Origin: Octopus sinensis
Taxonomy: Eukaryota
Assembly (NCBI RefSeq): GCF_006345805.1
Contig: NW_021826342.1
Span: 1-13,921, forward strand
Direction of reading: 5' to 3'
Length of the DNA stretch: 13,921 nucleotides
Shown here: positions 10,077 to 13,921 of the stretch, one piece after another
Layout: each line of letters opens with the position of its first letter
Numbering within the stretch: the stretch's first letter is position 1
Translations under genes and position numbers: made by a program
The notes under the pieces: generated by a model
Told to the model about the DNA's origin: nothing
Seen by the model: only the letters and a program-made list of their open reading frames with translations
Databases searched by the model: none

Positions 10077-12034
10077 ATATTATAATCTATAAATATTGTC
10101 TAACTCCTGAAGAAATTATAACATTAATAATTGGTGTCAAAGGAATGGTAGCTAACCATTTCTGTAAAGATATTAGCTGAGTACATATACATATAAGAAT
10201 GTTCCAGAAAAAAGCAACGATATTATAATTCATAAATATTGTTAGCTCCAAATTCGAGACTTTTAGGGAATTATAACATTTAGAATTGGTGTCAAAGGAA
10301 TGGTACCTAACCGTTTCTGTAAAGATATTAGCTGAGTACATATACATATAAGAATGTTCCAGAAAAAAGCAACGATATTATAATTCATAATATTGTTAGC
10401 TCCAAATTCGAGACTTTTAGGGAATTATAACATTTAGAATTGGTGTCAAAGGAATGGTACCTAACCGTTTCTGTAAAGATATTAGCTGAGTACATATACA
10501 TATAAGAATGTTCCAGAAAAAAGCAACGATATTATAATTCATAAATATTGTTAGCTCCAAATTCGAGACTTTTAGGGAATTATAACATTTAGAATTGGTG
10601 TCAAAGGAATGGTACCTAACCGTTTCTGTAAAGATATTAGCTGAGTACATATACATATAAGAATGTTCCAGAAAAAAGCAACGATATTATAATTCATAAA
10701 TATTGTTATCTCCAAATTCGAGACTTTTAGGGAATTATAACATTTAGAATTGGTGTCAAAGGAATGGTCCCTAACCGTTTCTGTAAAGATATTAGCTGAG
10801 CACATATACATATAAGAATGTTCCAGAAAAAAGCAACGTTATTATAATTCATAAATATTGTTATCTCCAAATTCGAGACATTTAGGGAATTATAACATTT
10901 AGAATTGGTGTCAAAGGAATGGTACCTAACCATTTCTGTAAAGATATTAGCTGAGTACATATACATATAAGAATGTTCCAGAAAAAAGCAACGATATTAT
11001 AATTCATAAATATTGTTAGCTCCAAATTCGAGACTTTTAGGGAATTATAACATTAATAATTGGTGTCAAAGGAATGGTACCTAACCATTTCTGTAAAGAT
11101 ATTAGCTGAGTACATATACATATAAGAATGTTCCAGAAAAAAGCAACGATATTATAATTCATAAATATTGTTAGCTCCAAATTCGAGACTTTTAGGGAAT
11201 TATAACATTAATAATTGGTGTCAAAGGAATGGTACCTAACCATTTCTGTAAAGATATTAGCTGAGTACATATACATATAAGAATGTTCCAGAAAAAAGCA
11301 ACGATATTATAATTCATAAATATTGTTAGCTCCAAATTCGAGACTTTTAGGGAATTATAACATTTAATTGGTGTCAAAGGATGGTACCTAACCATTTCTG
11401 TCTGTAAAGATATTAGCTGAGCACATATACATATAAGAATGTTCCAGAAAAAAGCAACGATATTATAATTCATAAATATTGTTATCTCCAAATTCGAGAC
11501 TTTTAGGGAATTATAACATTAATAATTGGTGTCAAAGGAATGGTACCTAACCGTTTCTGTAAAGATATTAGCTGAGTACATATACATATAAGAATGTTCC
11601 AGAAAAAAGCAACGATATTATAATTCATAAATATTGTTAGCTCCAAATTCGAGACTTTTAGGGAATTATAACATTTAGAATTGGTGTCAAAGGAATGGTA
11701 CCTAACCGTTTCTGTAAAGATATTAGCTGAGTACATATGCATATAAGAATGTTCCAGAAAAAAACAACGATATTATAATTCATAAATATTGTTATCTCCA
11801 AATTTAGAGAATTATAACATTTAGAATTGGTGTCAAAAGAATGGTACCTAACCATTTCTGTAAAGATATTAGCTGAGTACATATACATATAAGAATGTTC
11901 CAGAAAAAAGCAACGATATTATAATTCATAAATATTGTTATCTCCAAATTCGAGACATTTAGGGAGTTATAACATTTAAAATTGGTGTCAAAGGAATGGT
12001 ACCTAACCATTTCTGTAAAGATATCAGCTGAGTA
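10077..12034. repeat. Homogeneous 155-bp tandem repeat array, about 12.6 units
   Basis: The anchor AATATTGT recurs at about 10092, 10235, 10389, 10544, 10699, 10854, 11009, 11164, 11319, 11475, 11630, 11785 and 11931. Units differ by only a few sites; the first and penultimate units carry ~12-bp and 9-bp deletions. Confidence 0.97.
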
Positions 12035-12269
12035 TTAAAGGCGGCGAGCTGGCAGAACCGTTAGCACGCCAGGCGAAATGCGTCGCTGTATTTCGTCTGT
12101 CGCTACGTTCTGAGTTCAAATTCCGCCGAGGTCGACTTTGCCTTTCATCCTTTCGGGGTCGATAAATTTAATACCAGTAACGCAGTGGGGTCGATGTAAT
12201 CGACTTAATACCTTTGTCTATCCTTGTTTGTCCCCTCTATGTTTAGCCCCTTGTGGGTAGTAAAGAAAC
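12035..12269 (+). mobile_element. Full-length family-3 tRNA-like SINE inserted into the array
   Basis: GGCGGCGAGCTGGCAGAACCG (A-box-like) and GAGTTCAAATTCC (B box). Flanked by a 16-bp TSD, AGATATCAGCTGAGTA at 12019-12034 and AGATATTGGCTGAGTA at 12270-12285. Confidence 0.88.
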
Positions 12270-12609
12270 AGATATTGGCTGAGTACATATGCATATAAAT
12301 GTAAGAATGTCCAAGAAAATAAGCAACGATATTGTTAGCTCCAAATTCGAGACATTTAGAGAATTATAACATTTAGAATTGGTGTCAAAGGAATGGTACC
12401 TAACCGCTTCTGTAAAGATATTGACTGAGTACATATGCATATAAATGTAAGAATGTCCAAGAAAATATTGTTAGCTCCAAATTCGAAACATTTAGGGAAT
12501 TATAACATTTCTGTAAAGATATTAGCTGAGTACATATGCATATAAGAATGTTCCAGAAAAAAGCAACGATATAATAATTCATAAATATTGTTAGCTCCAA
12601 ATTCGAGAC
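12270..12609. repeat. About three degraded, internally deleted units of the 155-bp repeat
   Basis: Same motifs with deletions and private variants, e.g. ATAAATGTAAGAATGTCCAAGAAAAT occurs twice. Confidence 0.9.
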
Positions 12610-12945
12610 AATATGTCATTTACGGAATGCGTCTATTATGTCTTAATTAGTTTACATGGAATGACATCTAACTGCTTCTGCGAAAACATTAACTAAATAC
12701 GTATGAAGAAATATCTAAGAATGTTCCAGGAGCTAGAAATATACCCGAAGTTGCAAATGCTAGTAACTGTGATATTAAAGACGCGCTGTCAGTTTAGGTA
12801 TGCGTCTTTCGTGACATTTGTTCTTGAAGACATTGGAATGGTAAACAGCTAACTCTGTCGTGGCACTGACAAATTACCTGTAAAGAATCACATTAGGGCA
12901 ACGTTCCTGAAATAAGCGGGGCTACACCCTGCAAATATTGTTGGT
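12610..12945. repeat. Two highly diverged ~173-177-bp relatives of the 155-bp unit
   Basis: 12658-12704 matches the unit at 34 of 47 positions, followed by TAAGAATGTTCCAG at 12716. A second copy has GGAATGGTA (12835), CTGTAAAGA (12878), AACGTTCCTGAAATAAGC (12900) and AAATATTGTT (12933). Confidence 0.7.
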
Positions 12946-13112
12946 GCATTCTATAAAAGCATCTGTTAAAACAGAATATTTGTATCTATGTTGGGCTTCT
13001 ATAATATATTTCAATGCGTGCATTTCCGTATAAATTTAAACGTTGAATATTTGATTGTAGGCTTTTCCAAATTGGACATCCATACATAAATACGCACGCG
13101 CGCGCACACACA

Positions 13113-13362
13113 TTTTTACTTGCTTCATCCATTAGACTTGGCCATGCTGGGGCAATGCCTTGAAAATGTTTTAGTCGAGCAAATCGACCCCAGTGCTTTT
13201 TTTAAAACATCGTACTTATTCTGTCGATCTTCTTGTCGCACTGCTAAGTTACGGGGACGTGAACACGCCAACACCGGTTGCCAAGCAGTGGTGGAGGACA
13301 AATTGAACCCGGAACCAAGAGGTTGGGAAGGAAACTTCTTACCACACAGCTACGCCTGCGCC
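13113..13362 (-). mobile_element. Family-1 SINE, diverged, with a large internal deletion
   Basis: Tail TTTTACTTG...GCCATGCTGG, TTAGTCGAGCAAATCGACC, junction GGAGGACAAA|TTGAACCCGG and head end CCTGCGCC. Confidence 0.8.
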
Positions 13363-13370
13363 TATATATA

Positions 13371-13489
13371 TCACGTGATCAACGTGACCGACCAGGCTAT
13401 CAAATGTTGCTACACATCGCTGGTCACAATGCGCTTAGCATTGTTTTAGCCTTTAAATGACGCACCCACCCGCTGGCTAAGCGAGCAGG

Positions 13490-13493
<4 letters not shown>
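13371..13493. mobile_element. Probable interspersed repeat fragment, possibly a SINE 3' tail on the minus strand
   Basis: GC-richer block between (TA)n runs, starting with the imperfect palindrome TCACGTGATCAACGTGA. I recall it as a common octopus repeat; it has no second copy in this window. Confidence 0.35.
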
Positions 13494-13531
<38 letters not shown>

Positions 13532-13575
13532 TATATATATATATAATATATATTATATATATATATATATAATTT
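13494..13575. repeat. (TA)n microsatellite
   Basis: Read directly from the sequence. Confidence 0.95.
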
Positions 13576-13921
13576 TTAAAGAGGGCAGCAACATTAAGGC
13601 TAAACAAAATCTCAGGTAACCTACATCAGGGCCAACACTCCTGAGTGAAACACTACTCTTCTTTTGTTTTATATATATATATATCATTCTTTAGCAAGAA
13701 TAATATTGAAAGGGACTTCGAAGTTGTGGTCAGCTAAGCCAAAACCGGACCGTGGTACGAAAGATTTTAACTTAATTGATAGTACATAAAGCCGAACTTC
13801 GAAGTCACTCTCGATACTAATCTTATTAAAGAATAATCAATTTATACTCTACCTTATATATTGAGGAATCCTTATGTTTAATGTAAAATTGTTTTATCAT
13901 AGCATAAACACAAACACACTC

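Noticed and set aside
10225-10275. LRR-like peptide FPKSLEFGANNIYEL (minus strand) and a putative 36-nt AG..GT exon GIITFRIGVKGM (plus strand, about 10266-10301) in each unit
   Set aside because: The peptide is bounded by stops with no splice sites. The exon's donor GTACCT is weak, is lost in one unit and one diverged copy, and encodes no known repeat.
10087-12600. Repeated 66-99 aa minus-strand ORFs as a gene family
   Set aside because: They arise from the 155-bp period, which is not a multiple of 3. Each ORF crosses the same DNA in two frames, and indels break them freely.
10077-12609. CRISPR array
   Set aside because: The whole 155-bp unit repeats with no unique spacers; there are no cas genes and the context is eukaryotic.

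Overview
AT-rich, microsatellite-dense, non-coding eukaryotic DNA, most likely an intron or intergenic region of an octopus (coleoid cephalopod) genome. The taxon is inferred from recalled octopus tRNA-SINE families and was not checked against a database. No protein-coding gene, RNA gene or CRISPR array is supported; nearly all ORFs in the track are microsatellite or satellite artefacts. The window holds (i) about 14 SINE copies or fragments from three head/core families, several with different 3' tails; (ii) a SINE dimer inside one target-site duplication; (iii) two tail-to-tail inverted SINE pairs; (iv) a ~720-bp tandem duplication bounded by (CT)n that carries a YY1+CRE-like motif; (v) a possible LINE reverse-transcriptase relic; and (vi) a 155-bp tandem array (10077-12609). 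The array is split by a SINE and grades rightwards into two highly diverged ~175-bp relatives (12610-12945), which looks like a local record of a satellite's birth. I found no convincing new gene system; the best leads concern repeat evolution.
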